64,000 nt of DNA from Eledone cirrhosa (lineage: Eukaryota). Of this stretch, positions 27,248-38,835 are shown piece by piece. Within the stretch, counting starts at the first letter, position 1. Each line of letters opens with the position of its first letter. Below the pieces are notes generated by a model. It did not search any database. It was not told where the DNA came from and saw only the letters and a list, made by a program, of their open reading frames with translations. The stretch is from contig OZ024753.1 in assembly GCA_964016885.1 (NCBI GenBank), forward strand, positions 11,594,001 through 11,658,000. The letters are read 5' to 3'. A program made the position numbers and the translations under genes.

Positions 27248-27253
27248 TGTGTT

Positions 27254-27295
<42 letters not shown>

Positions 27296-27303
27296 CGTGT
27301 GTT

Positions 27304-27341
<38 letters not shown>

Positions 27342-27348
27342 AACACAC

Positions 27349-27708
27349 GGGGGGGGACATAGAAATAATCGCGGGGACATAGAAATAATCGGGCTGGATG
27401 CCCGATCGCGCAGTTAAACCACTGGGAGTGAAGAACCCCTAGCCCATGTCAGGGTATTCTTCTAGGAGAAGGCATCTCAGGAAACTGGGTTAACTCCGAT
27501 ATAAAACCTGCGGCTCAGTAGTTACCGATGATGTTGATCTTTTCTTCTTTTCGGGTTATAGCTACTGTCGCTCAGAGAGTGGGATTGGTTCAGTGCACAG
27601 TCTTTCCTCACTTTAAAAATATTCGTCACGCACAGGCATTGCACGAGTGCATTAATAATTATTAATAGTGTAGTATTATTATTATTATTATTATTATTAC
27701 TATTATTA

Positions 27709-27750
<42 letters not shown>

Positions 27751-30700
27751 CCAATTCAATGATGTTCCAGAACAATGTAAACGAGATAATTGCCAATTTG
27801 GGTTCTGGAACAAAAAAGATCATTGGCAATAAGGGCAGGGGCCCCAAGTTATCACAACCTGGGCCCGCCCGTCATCGTGCCATTGTAATAGAGCCAAACA
27901 GGGCATTTAGTCTTGGCTGCTGGAACGTACGGACGCTGCTTGACAGGGATTCTTTGGAGCGTCCTGAACGAAGGACCGCTCTTGTTGCGAAGGAGCTTCG
28001 ACGTTACGATCTTGACATCGTGGCTTTGTCTGAGACGAGGTTAGCTGGAGATGGTCATCTTACGGAATTTTGTGGAGAATATACATTCTTCTGGAAAGGA
28101 AGAGATGAAGGAACCAGAAGAGAGGCTGGGGTAGGATTTGCTGTTAAGACTGTACTGGTGAATAAATTGGAAGAATTCCCAGTGGGGATTAGTGAGCGTC
28201 TTATGTCCATGAGAGTTCCGCTGGACAAGGGAAGATATGCTACCCTGGTGAGTGTGTATGCTCCAACTATGAATTCTGTCGATGAAGAAAAACTGTCCTT
28301 TTACCATGCCTTGAAAGGTGTTTTAAGAAATATCCCTCAGGCAGACAAAGTCATCGTGCTTGGTGACTTTAATGCTAGAGTGGGTAGGGATTTTAACACA
28401 TGGAATGTAATCGGAAGGCATGGGGTGGGAAAGTGTAACAGCAATGGTATGCTCTTGCTGCAGGTGTGTGAGGAGCTGGATCTGTGTGTTACCAACACCA
28501 TGTTCCAACAAGAGAACAAATTCAAGACCACATGGATGCATCCTGCATCTAAGGAATGGCATCTTTTGGACTACGTCCTAGTCAGGATGCGTGACAGACA
28601 GGATGTGCGGTGTGTTCGTGTTCTTCGTGGAGCTGAGTGCTGGACGGACCACCGCCTGGTACGCGCAAAAGTGAATCTAATCACCAAACGTAAAATCCGG
28701 GCTCCTGGTGTTACCCTGCCCAAAAGATTGAATGCTGCTCGTCTTAAGGATAAAAATGTGAAGAGGACATTGGAAGAAGAGATGCAGGCTGCAGATCTTG
28801 GTGAGGATTGGCCGACCCTTAAAAAGTCGGTTTATGATGTAGGCAGACGTGTTCTGGGATTGGTGCAGAGAAAACATCAGGACTGGTTCAATGAGAAAGA
28901 TGTGCATATAGATGACTTGTTGGCTGATAAGAGGCGCGCTCTGTCACGCTACTTGACGGCAAGACCACAGGAGAGGAATACGTTGCATGAGGAGCTCAGG
29001 GATGTAAAATCACGTGTTAGGCGGAGTCTTTCTCAGATGAAGGATCAGTGGTGGAGTGAGAAGGCTGGTGAGATACAAACTGCGTCTGATTGCAATAACA
29101 CAAAGCTGTTGTACAGTCTCTTGCGTGAGGTTTATGGACCGTCTTCTTCTCTGGTGACACCGATTCGCAGCAGGGATGGCAAAGAACTTCTTCGTGACTC
29201 ACAGGGAATTCTACGAAGGTGGCGGGAGCACTTTGATGATCTTTTGAATCAGCCGTCTGTCGTCGGTGAAGATTTCCTCAATCTCATTCCGGAAAGTCCT
29301 GTGAAAGTAGCTCTCGCAGAGCCTCCGACACTTGTGGAGGTTGCAGTGGCTATTTCGAAGCTGAACAGTGGAAGATCTCCAGGTATGGATGGCATACATG
29401 CTGAGCTCCTACAATATGGTGGTGAGAGACTCCTGCAACATCTTCACTCTCTGTTTGGAAGGATATGGGCTAATGAATCCGTGCCTGAGGACTGGAGAGA
29501 TGCAGTAATGGTGGTCTTGTACAAGGGAAAGGGTAACAGGAATGATTGTGGGAACTACAGAGGTATATCATTGCTTTCTGTCGTGGGGAAAGTTTTATGT
29601 AGGGTGCTTCTGGACCGTCTGCTGACACACATTGCAGATTGTGTCCTTCCTGAAAGTCAATCTGGTTTTCGTGTTGGACGCGGCACTACTGATATGATCT
29701 TCTCAGCTAGACAGCTCCAGGAGAAGTGCATTGAACAGGGCTTGGATCTGTATCAGGTTTTTGTCGATCTGACAAAGGCTTTCGATACTGTCAACAGAGA
29801 TGCATTATGGAAGGTTCTCCAGAAACTTGGTTGCCCTGATAAGTTCCTTGCTTTAGTTAGGTCTTTCCATGACGACATGAAGGCTTGGGTTAATGTCGGA
29901 GGTAACATGTCGGAGCCTATCTCAGTAAAAAATGGAGTGAAACAGGGGGATATTCCAGCACCGACCCTGTTTGCCATATACTTTGCAATGGTTTTCTGTA
30001 TTGCATTCAGGAATTGCGAGCATGGTGTTTACATCCGATATCGAACCTCAGGCAGCATATTTAACATCAGGCGCTTTGCTGCGAAGACAAAAGTATTTAC
30101 ATCAGTCATAAGAGACCTCTTGTATGCAGATGATTGCGATCTTGTAGCGCACACAGAGAGTGATATGCAGCACATTTTGAATGTATTTTCTGACGCTTGC
30201 ACTGCCCTGGGTTTGACTGTCAGTCTCAAGAAAACCGTCGTCATGTACCAACCTGCACCTGGTGGGCAGTACACTGAACCAAACATCTATGTGTATGGCA
30301 AACGACTTGGAGTGGTTGATCAGTTTGTCTACCTGGGAAGCACTGTCAATCGATACGGCAACCTTGACAGTGAAATCTCACTTAGGATTAGGAAAGCAAG
30401 TGATGCTTTCGGAAAGCTAGAAAGGCGACTCTGGGGTCGGCGAGACATATGCAGGAGGACAAAGGTAAAGGTGTACAGGGCATGTGTACTCTCTTGTCTT
30501 CTTTATGCCTGCGAGACCTGGGTCACATATCGACGCCACCTTAAGCAATTGGAGCGTTTCCATCAGATGTGTCTCAGACGGATACATGGCGTTCGCTGGA
30601 GGGACCACATCAGTGATGTCGAGATTTTGGAAAGCTCTATGTGTGACAGTATAGAAGCTCTTGTGCTTAAGCAGCGACTCCGTTGGAGTGGTCACCTTGC

Positions 30701-31312
30701 CAGGATGAAGGATTCTAGAATACCAAAACAACTCTTCTATGGAGAGTTGGTTAAAGGAAAACGACCGCCACATAAACCAAAAAAGAGGTATAAGGATTCC
30801 TTGAAGGCCTCTCTGAAAGACGCTAACATCTCTGCTGATACATGGGAAAATATTGCTGCTGATCGTAATAAATGGAGAAAGACTGTATATGAGGGAAAAG
30901 TTGCCTTTGAGGCATCTCGAATCGCACACGAGAAAGTAAAGCGGGACGTGAGGAAGGGTATTGCTGTTGCACTTCCAGACGGCGAGGGTCCTCCTATGTT
31001 TCTGACATGCAGCGTCTGTGCGAGACTCTGTCTAAGCAAAGCTGGACTCGAAAGTCATCTTCGCAGTCATAAAGTAAGACCAGTGGTTGACTACCAGGCT
31101 GCTGTTGGAGATGCTACTCATCATGCTTGCCAAACATGTGGTAGAGAATGTAAATCAGCAGGAGGACTCAAGCGACATGCAAAAGTACACGAACTCCAAC
31201 CACAGCCAACTATTCCCAGTAAATGTTTTGGTTGCCGACTCTGTGCAAGACATTTTGGATCATTGGCTGGGCTAAAAAGCCACATTCGATCGCAGCACTG
31301 TTAGTTGCTATC

Positions 31313-31350
<38 letters not shown>

Positions 31351-31426
31351 GCTTATGTGCGTGCGTGTGTGTGTATGTATGTGTGGATATGTATATTATT
31401 GTTGTTGTCGTTATTATTATTATTGC

Positions 31427-31511
<85 letters not shown>

Positions 31512-31550
31512 TGTGCAATGGCCATACTCGATAACGAGGGGGCAGCCATC
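27349..31550 (+). mobile_element. Near full-length RTE LINE, probably lacking the 5' head
   Basis: 5' UTR 27349-27660 and 3' end tggccatactcgataacgagggggcagccatc match the short element at 61430-61772. The element ends directly at (AT)n. About 20 bp (ggggacatagaaataatcg) is duplicated at the 5' junction. Confidence 0.88.
27759..31304 (+). CDS. RTE-clade non-LTR retrotransposon ORF: APE endonuclease, reverse transcriptase and three C-terminal C2H2 zinc fingers (1181 aa, uninterrupted)
   Basis: APE motifs GCWNVRTL, DIVALSETR, YAPT, LGDFNARVG, LLDYVL, TDH. RT motifs YRGISLL, QSGFR, FVDLTKAFD, GVKQG, LYADD, YLGS. RTE-type C-terminus LRWSGHLARM...PKQLFYGEL. Fingers CSVC..HLRSH, CQTC..HAKVH, CRLC..HIRSQH. 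Confidence 0.96.
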   Translation: MMFQNNVNEIIANLGSGTKKIIGNKGRGPKLSQPGPARHRAIVIEPNRAFSLGCWNVRTLLDRDSLERPERRTALVAKELRRYDLDIVALSETRLAGDGHLTEFCGEYTFFWKGRDEGTRREAGVGFAVKTVLVNKLEEFPVGISERLMSMRVPLDKGRYATLVSVYAPTMNSVDEEKLSFYHALKGVLRNIPQADKVIVLGDFNARVGRDFNTWNVIGRHGVGKCNSNGMLLLQVCEELDLCVTNTMFQQENKFKTTWMHPASKEWHLLDYVLVRMRDRQDVRCVRVLRGAECWTDHRLVRAKVNLITKRKIRAPGVTLPKRLNAARLKDKNVKRTLEEEMQAADLGEDWPTLKKSVYDVGRRVLGLVQRKHQDWFNEKDVHIDDLLADKRRALSRYLTARPQERNTLHEELRDVKSRVRRSLSQMKDQWWSEKAGEIQTASDCNNTKLLYSLLREVYGPSSSLVTPIRSRDGKELLRDSQGILRRWREHFDDLLNQPSVVGEDFLNLIPESPVKVALAEPPTLVEVAVAISKLNSGRSPGMDGIHAELLQYGGERLLQHLHSLFGRIWANESVPEDWRDAVMVVLYKGKGNRNDCGNYRGISLLSVVGKVLCRVLLDRLLTHIADCVLPESQSGFRVGRGTTDMIFSARQLQEKCIEQGLDLYQVFVDLTKAFDTVNRDALWKVLQKLGCPDKFLALVRSFHDDMKAWVNVGGNMSEPISVKNGVKQGDIPAPTLFAIYFAMVFCIAFRNCEHGVYIRYRTSGSIFNIRRFAAKTKVFTSVIRDLLYADDCDLVAHTESDMQHILNVFSDACTALGLTVSLKKTVVMYQPAPGGQYTEPNIYVYGKRLGVVDQFVYLGSTVNRYGNLDSEISLRIRKASDAFGKLERRLWGRRDICRRTKVKVYRACVLSCLLYACETWVTYRRHLKQLERFHQMCLRRIHGVRWRDHISDVEILESSMCDSIEALVLKQRLRWSGHLARMKDSRIPKQLFYGELVKGKRPPHKPKKRYKDSLKASLKDANISADTWENIAADRNKWRKTVYEGKVAFEASRIAHEKVKRDVRKGIAVALPDGEGPPMFLTCSVCARLCLSKAGLESHLRSHKVRPVVDYQAAVGDATHHACQTCGRECKSAGGLKRHAKVHELQPQPTIPSKCFGCRLCARHFGSLAGLKSHIRSQHC

Positions 31551-31568
31551 ATATATATATATATATAT

Positions 31569-32173
31569 GTCAGGTCACCAGTTGGTGCTACTGGTAACAA
31601 GTATCCCAGTACAACATGTCTCATTGTCGGGTCGTTGGCGACTAAACTGGCAACCCCATCAAGGTTTCTTGGTGAGGAGGGTGACTTTGGACATCCTGCA
31701 GGACTAAAAACAAAACCTGTCAAAGGGCAAAGGAGCTCTTAAGAGTCAATGACCATCCAAAATCACCGGGAGAGATGACCCCTTAGACTTTATCAAGGCA
31801 GAATTCTAAGAGAAGTAAAACTCTGATATAGCACCTGCAACTCTGATGGTATCCAATGATGTTGACTTGTTCTTCTTTTTGGTAAATATCATCTTGGTTA
31901 AGAGAGTGGGACTGGCTTTGTGCAGTGCCTTTGCTCACTATAAAAGCTTCACGGCACAGGCATTGCTTTATATCTGGAGATCTTTCTGCACTTGTCACAT
32001 GGTGCCATGGGCCCAGCACTATGTGTCAATAATTGTCACAAGTGTAGTGTTTCTACCAGAGTTTTCAAGTCGCTGGCTGGACTAAACAGTCACACTCGTT
32101 CAGCGCATCAGTAGGGGTTCTCCTACATGGATATAAAGTAGTGGCCGTACTCGAAAACGAGTTGGCAGCCACC
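31569..32173 (+). mobile_element. Bipartite non-autonomous RTE derivative, family 2 (full length)
   Basis: Head homologous to 61160-61350; UTR core gagagtgggactgg...cacaggcattgc shared with the LINE; zinc-finger remnant at 32040-32114; 3' end tggccgtactcgaaaacgagttggcagccacc followed by (AT)n. Confidence 0.85.
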
Positions 32174-32250
32174 ATATATATATATATATATGCGTGTGTT
32201 TGTGTGTATATATATATATGCGTGTATTTGTATATATATATGCGTGTGTT

Positions 32251-32294
<44 letters not shown>

Positions 32295-32334
32295 CGTGTG
32301 TTTGTATATATATATATGCGTGTTTGTGTGTATG

Positions 32335-32366
<32 letters not shown>

Positions 32367-32506
32367 CACAAACACACGCATATATATATATATACAAACA
32401 CACGCATATATATATATATACAAACACACGCATATATATATACACAAACACACGCATATATATATATACACAAACACACGCATATATATATATATATATA
32501 TATACA

Positions 32507-32648
<142 letters not shown>

Positions 32649-33679
32649 TTGTATGTATTCCTGGACATATTTATTCAAAATATTACTTTCGGTGAATGGA
32701 AACATATATTATGTCTGTATGGTCTAGATGTCTGGAAATTAGGTTATTTTGCTCATGAGAGGATTATAAGAATAAAGATAATCATTTAGATTACTTCCTG
32801 TGTTATATCGGATAAAGTTGTGTGATATATTTCTATATGTATGAAACTATAATTGTCCTGTCTATAGTAATGGAATCAGTTCGGATCTTGCGATATTAAA
32901 TTCCTACTAACGTGACATCAGAAACACATATTGGCGCCTTCTTGCACACACCAATTCACACTGGCACACACACACACATTCACTCTGGCACACACACACA
33001 CACACATACACTCTGGCACACACACACTGAGACACATACACACGTTGACTCTGGCATACATGCATACACAGTCATTCTGGCACACATACACACATTCACA
33101 CTGCCACACATACACACATTGACTGGCACACACACACATTCACTCTGGAACAGATACACACACATACATTCACTCAGACACAGACAAATTCACTCTTACA
33201 TACGGATTCGCTCAGACACAAACTCAAATTCACTCAGACACACACATTCGGTCTGATACAGACATTCGCTCTGACACACGCATTCGCTCTGACACAGACA
33301 TACAGAAGTACACATTCATATCTTATAGACTTCCATATCTGATAGACTGCCGTATATTATAGACTTCCATACATCAGTGTTGGTTGTTCATGAAGAGATG
33401 TATTGTTGGAAAAGGCTGCGTTGTACTGTTTTACAGTCATACCGATCATTTGGTTGTTTCACTATATTACACACATATATAGTATACTACACCCAACAGA
33501 GAGAGAGAGAGAGAGAGAAAGAGAAGGAGAGAGAGAGAGGGAGTGAGAAGGGGAGAGAGAGAGAGAAGGAGAGAGAGAGACACATTGGTTTACGAAGTCA
33601 GACAAATAGTATCGATACAGCTCAGACACTCACTCAATGATAATAGAAGATTTGTGTATTAGTAATGCAAACCTAACAT

Positions 33680-34105
33680 TTTCAGCAGACCAGATTTATA
33701 TGATATACAAATATATATTTATATGATATACAAATATCATTAACCATACGTAGGTGGATTGGCAGTACCGGTAGAGGGTCGGACGCCATGCTTTCTAGCA
33801 TAGTTACACCCCTTTACGGTCTGAGTTCAAATTCCGTCCAGGTTAACTTTGCCTTTCATCCTTACGGGGTCGATAAAATAATGTACCAGTAATGTACTGT
33901 GTTATTGATGGCCTTGTGCCAAAAAATGGAAACAATTATTAACCACACGTAATTGTTCTTCAAACTTATAACTCAGTGCACCCACACACGTTGATCAACG
34001 TATGTGGGTACACTGAGTTATAAGTTTGAAGTTATAATGTTTGAAGAACAATTACGTGTGGTTAATGATATTTGTATATCATATAAATCCGGTCAGTCGA
34101 AAATT
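33680..34105. repeat. Fold-back inverted repeat interrupted by a SINE
   Basis: Centre acgttgatcaacgt (about 33995); SINE 33753-33937 flanked by the duplication attaacca(t/c)acgta. Confidence 0.75.
33753..33937 (+). mobile_element. tRNA-derived SINE
   Basis: Same family; about 14-bp TSD. Confidence 0.9.
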
Positions 34106-34137
34106 TCTTTGCTGGAGCCAATCAAGACTCACACACA

Positions 34138-34180
<43 letters not shown>

Positions 34181-34181
<1 letters not shown>

Positions 34182-34806
34182 TTAGACATAATGTCTTTAA
34201 TGCGTTGAAAAGTCCGAGATCTCCAGTAGACAACTGAAGAAGAGATTGTCCCCGGCTTTTTTTCATTTTATTTATAAATACACTTTATCAAGTAACCACA
34301 CAGCTCTCTTTGTTTCTCCCAAAATTTATATATATCATATATACTAGCAGATTTACCGGGCGTTGCCCGAGGTTTGAAACTCCCATAAGGATTTAGTTTT
34401 TATGGGTTTGCTGACACAAGTATGTGACTTAGAAGAAAATCGATGCTCGCTTAAGAGCGTTGTAGTGCAGAGAATAATCACCTACAATTTTGTCGCGAGT
34501 GACAACAAATGTGCAAGCTACAGCTTAAACTTTGTAGGTCCCAACAGTTTGAATGGAAAGTCCCATAACGATTTTGTTTTGATTGATTTCTTCCTTACAT
34601 CATGCACTTTAGAAAAAAACAATTTTGCCATCAATCTTTTATTGCTCAACGTGGATCGATTTGAAAAATGTTTGTGATGTGACCATCTTAGAGACAGGTG
34701 CAGCGTGTACATAACATTTGGTCAAATTCGGTTGGGAATTGTAAAAGCCTTAGCTGTCAAAAGTTGTCCACAGACACACACACATCCTCGCTTTTATATA
34801 TATAGA

Positions 34807-34861
<55 letters not shown>

Positions 34862-35007
34862 TTAGACATATTGTCTTTAATGCGTTGAAAAGTTCGAGAT
34901 CTCAAGTAGACAACTGAAGAAGGGATTGTCCCCGGCTTTTTTTTTCATTTTATTTATAAATACACTTTATCAAGTAACCACACAGCTCTCTTTGTTTCTC
35001 CCAAAAT
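34181..35007 (+). repeat. About 147-bp direct repeat (34181-34325 and 34861-35007) flanking a Helitron
   Basis: Near-identical copies, each between (TA)n. Confidence 0.8.
34344..34809 (-). mobile_element. Non-autonomous Helitron
   Basis: Minus strand starts TC after A and ends with hairpin cgggcaacgcccg followed by CTAG before T. Confidence 0.75.
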
Positions 35008-35019
35008 GTATATATATAT

Positions 35020-35482
35020 AATAATCAGGAACTGATTATACGGAGCTGTTGCGTGTCAAGCAGAAATTGAAAATTAGAATTGGTGCTCTGAAATAGCGAT
35101 ATATATATGAATGTATATATAGTGTATTTTGCAATACACTGTATGCTTAATTAAAAGCCATTTCAGAGCACCAATTCTAATTTTCAATTTCTGCTTGACT
35201 GGCAACCGCTCTGTATAATCAGTTCCTGATTATTACTAGAATTCTATAAGAATCAGACATTCATGATTTTCAGCAAACAGGCGGAGTACTTAGTTTTGAT
35301 AAGCACCAAAAAGTGCGAAACAGAGCTCTGTCAGCTTTATCTCCCCTGTTTGCTGAAGATTGAAGTAAGTGAGACTGTCACTACTCTAAAACAATAGCGT
35401 AGGGTCTTCGAAATGCTTTTAATTAAGCATACAGTGTATTGCAAAATACATTCATATATATATCGCTATTTCAGAGCACCAA

Positions 35483-35489
<7 letters not shown>
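35020..35489 (+). mobile_element. Family E: about 308-bp partial tandem with 5' inverted segment and decayed hammerhead
   Basis: atttcagagcaccaattctaa occurs at 35160 and 35468. Inverted part 35020-35158. tagtt TTGATAA gcac-caaaaa-gtgc GAAA cagagctctg TC agct at 35291-35336. Confidence 0.7.
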
Positions 35490-35523
<34 letters not shown>

Positions 35524-35764
35524 AGCGAGTGTGACGTGAAATTACTATAGGTTCACCCAGGTGAGCACTCAACGTTTAAATTCAGGTCTGTAGCGAGGTA
35601 TAGAGCTAAACGCTCATTCTGTCATTACAATAGCAGAGTTTCGACGAGCTTTTGATTCCAGGGTCGGGCCTGATCGATACAAATCCGACCTTGAGCTGAT
35701 CAATAGCGAAACGCGCGTCACCAATCAATAAACGTAATGAAGTCTTAACAAATCGTCCTTGTAT

Positions 35765-36344
35765 TATATATATATATATTATTATATTATATATATATAT
35801 GTTATATTATACATATATATAATATAATATATATATATATAATATAATATATATATATATATAATATATATATATATATAATATATATATATATATAATA
35901 TATATATATATATAATATATATATATATATAATATAATATATATATAATATAATATATATATAATATAATATATATATATAATATAATATATATATATAA
36001 TATAATATATATATAATATAATATATATATAATATAATATATATATATATAATATAATAAATATATAATATAATATATATATAATATAATATATATATAA
36101 TATAATATATATATAATATAATATATATATAATATAATATAATAAATATATAATATAATATATATATAATATAATATATATATAATATAATATATATATA
36201 ATATAATATATATATAATATAATATATATAATATAATATAATATAATATATATATATATATATATAATATAAATATATATATATATATATATAATATAAA
36301 TATATATATATATATATATAATATAATATATATAATATAATATA

Positions 36345-36381
<37 letters not shown>

Positions 36382-36405
36382 AATATATATATATATATAT
36401 ATATA

Positions 36406-36436
<31 letters not shown>

Positions 36437-36555
36437 ATATAATATATATATAATATAATATAATATATATAATATAATATATATATATATAATATAATAT
36501 ATATATATAATATAATATATATATAATATAATATATCATATATATATATATATAA
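35765..36555. repeat. (TA)n/(TAATA)n microsatellite
   Basis: Directly visible. Confidence 0.95.
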
Positions 36556-36584
36556 TACAAGGACGATTTGTTAAGACTTCATTA

Positions 36585-36772
36585 CGGTGGATTGGCAGTA
36601 TTGGGAGAGGGTCGGACGCCATGCTTTGACATATAGAGTTACGGCCCTTGGCATTCTGAGTTCAAATCCCGCCGAGGTTAACTTTGTCTTTCATCCTTAC
36701 GACGTTGATAAAATAAAGTACCAGTAATGCACTGAGTAATTGCTGGCCTTGTGCCTAACGTAGAAACAATTC
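36585..36772 (+). mobile_element. tRNA-derived SINE
   Basis: Same family. Confidence 0.9.
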
Positions 36773-36822
36773 AATTATATATTATATAATATTATATTAT
36801 ATTAATTATATTATATTATATA

Positions 36823-37809
36823 CTAGCAGTAAAGCCCGGCGTTGCTCGGGGTCGCTCAGTAGCTGTGTTAAAGTTACAATGTTAAGTTTCTTTTTTGGCT
36901 TAAAAACTGTAGTGTCCACTGTGCAGACTTGCATGTGGTGTTTTTGATTAATATTCCCTCAACCAACAATATGCCTTATGAAGTTAAGAAAACATAACGA
37001 TAACCCGAATGTTATAACAAAAGAGGATGCTGGGGATAGAAACTGCACTGGTTATTTATTAACAAAGATCGAAAATGTAAACACTGCAACGCAGAGAAAA
37101 ACATTAGCGTAACCAAATTATCAGTTATTATGTCTGTCTGCACGCCTATATCACCTCTCTGCACGACTGTCTGTCTGCACGCCTATATCACCTCTCTGCA
37201 CGACTGTCTGTCTGCACGCGTATATCACCTCTCTGCACGACTGTCTGTCTGCACGCCTATATCACCTCTCTGCACGACTATCTGTCTGCACGCGTATATC
37301 ACCTCTCTGCACGACTGTCTGTCTGCACGACTGTCTGTCTGCACGCCTAACGACGAAATATTTGCTTGTTTTACGTAGTCTTTAAATAGACTTGTTTTCA
37401 AGTAAAAATATTGTTTTAAAATGCTTTTAAATGGAAATGAAGCAAAACGGAAACTTAGTGTTCGAACTGATGAATTTTGCAGGTCAATATTTTGCTGGCT
37501 CGACAACTGTTCGTGTAGTGTGTTAATGTCATTTTAAACGCTGAGAAAGCCAGCGTAATTTTTTACGTAAGACGCTCAATGTAAACAGAACAAAGGGAAA
37601 TAACTGATAACTTACGCTCAAAAATCGATACATTATATTCGATTTCGTCACATAGGGTGGGTCAATTTGAAATATTTTTTTCCGATGTCTTCGCTAGGGC
37701 TCAATGTACAAGTATAGCAATTTCGGTGCAATTCCGTCAGAGATTCTAAGAGGAGATGTGTGCCAAAAATCGATAGACAGACAGACAACCACAGTTTTAT
37801 ATATATAGA
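36823..37809 (-). mobile_element. Non-autonomous Helitron with internal minisatellite
   Basis: A|TCtatatatataaaa ... cccgagcaacgccggg ctttactg CTAG|T; termini resemble 34344-34809. Confidence 0.75.
37131..37348 (+). repeat. 37-bp minisatellite, about 5.5 copies
   Basis: Unit tgtctgtctgcacgcctatatcacctctctgcacgac. Confidence 0.9.
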
Positions 37810-37926
37810 TTATATATATATAGTTCAAAAGGAGAAATAAACAAACAAACCCAGGAGTCAATCGTACAAAGTGTTAATTAGTTTCACGCCTGGTGAGAGT
37901 GGAAGATGTTACGACGTTTCAGACAT

Positions 37927-37987
<61 letters not shown>

Positions 37988-38499
37988 ATACTTTGCTGCT
38001 AATAAGTACACACGCACCAGTTGGTTTTTATTAACATGACCATTCCAAAATATACCAGTATCTGTTTCAACACCCATTTTCAGATAGGAAATTTTGCAAA
38101 AGCAAAGTATTTCGTCTAGCTAATTTTTACGAACTAAGAGGAAAGATTGGGTAAATTTTATCTGATTGTTCTTCAGAAAGCAATCTCGATAAGATTTATC
38201 TATTATTTCTTCAATGTTGTATTTTAAACTTATCTCTATTTAAATGATTATTTATCTAGTTAATTTCTACGGACTATGTATAAAAATTAGGTAAATTTTA
38301 TCAGACTGTTCTTCAAACTTATAATTTTATATATCGACATTCGATCGACTTTCGTCAAATTGGACCGAGGAAACAATGTTTCCGTTGGTGTTTCCAATTT
38401 CTAATACTCTCAATCGGTCGCATCACCGAGTCTAGGAATCGAACTCACAATCTCACGATTGCGAATCCAATCCTGTAACCACCCAACCAGGCGCCTTCA

Positions 38500-38663
<164 letters not shown>

Positions 38664-38835
38664 TACGAGAGCGTGTGTATATAGAGCCATCCAATAAATG
38701 TTTCCTTGCAGCCGATTGGAAGTTGTACTCTTATTGTGGTAAGCCAGTTATAGCCGAATATCTATGCTTATCACTTTATAGGGAAACTCGCATTTCTGAC
38801 ATGTTTACATGCCTACATATATTATACATACATTC

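Noticed and set aside
27668-31518. LINE ORF as a spliced-out intron giving the short element
   Set aside because: Poly(T) tracts are followed by CAA rather than YAG, and there is no good GTRAGT donor.
31569-31720. HDV-like ribozyme at the RTE head
   Set aside because: P1-like helix and CTAA are present, but no P2/P3/L3 arrangement could be fitted.
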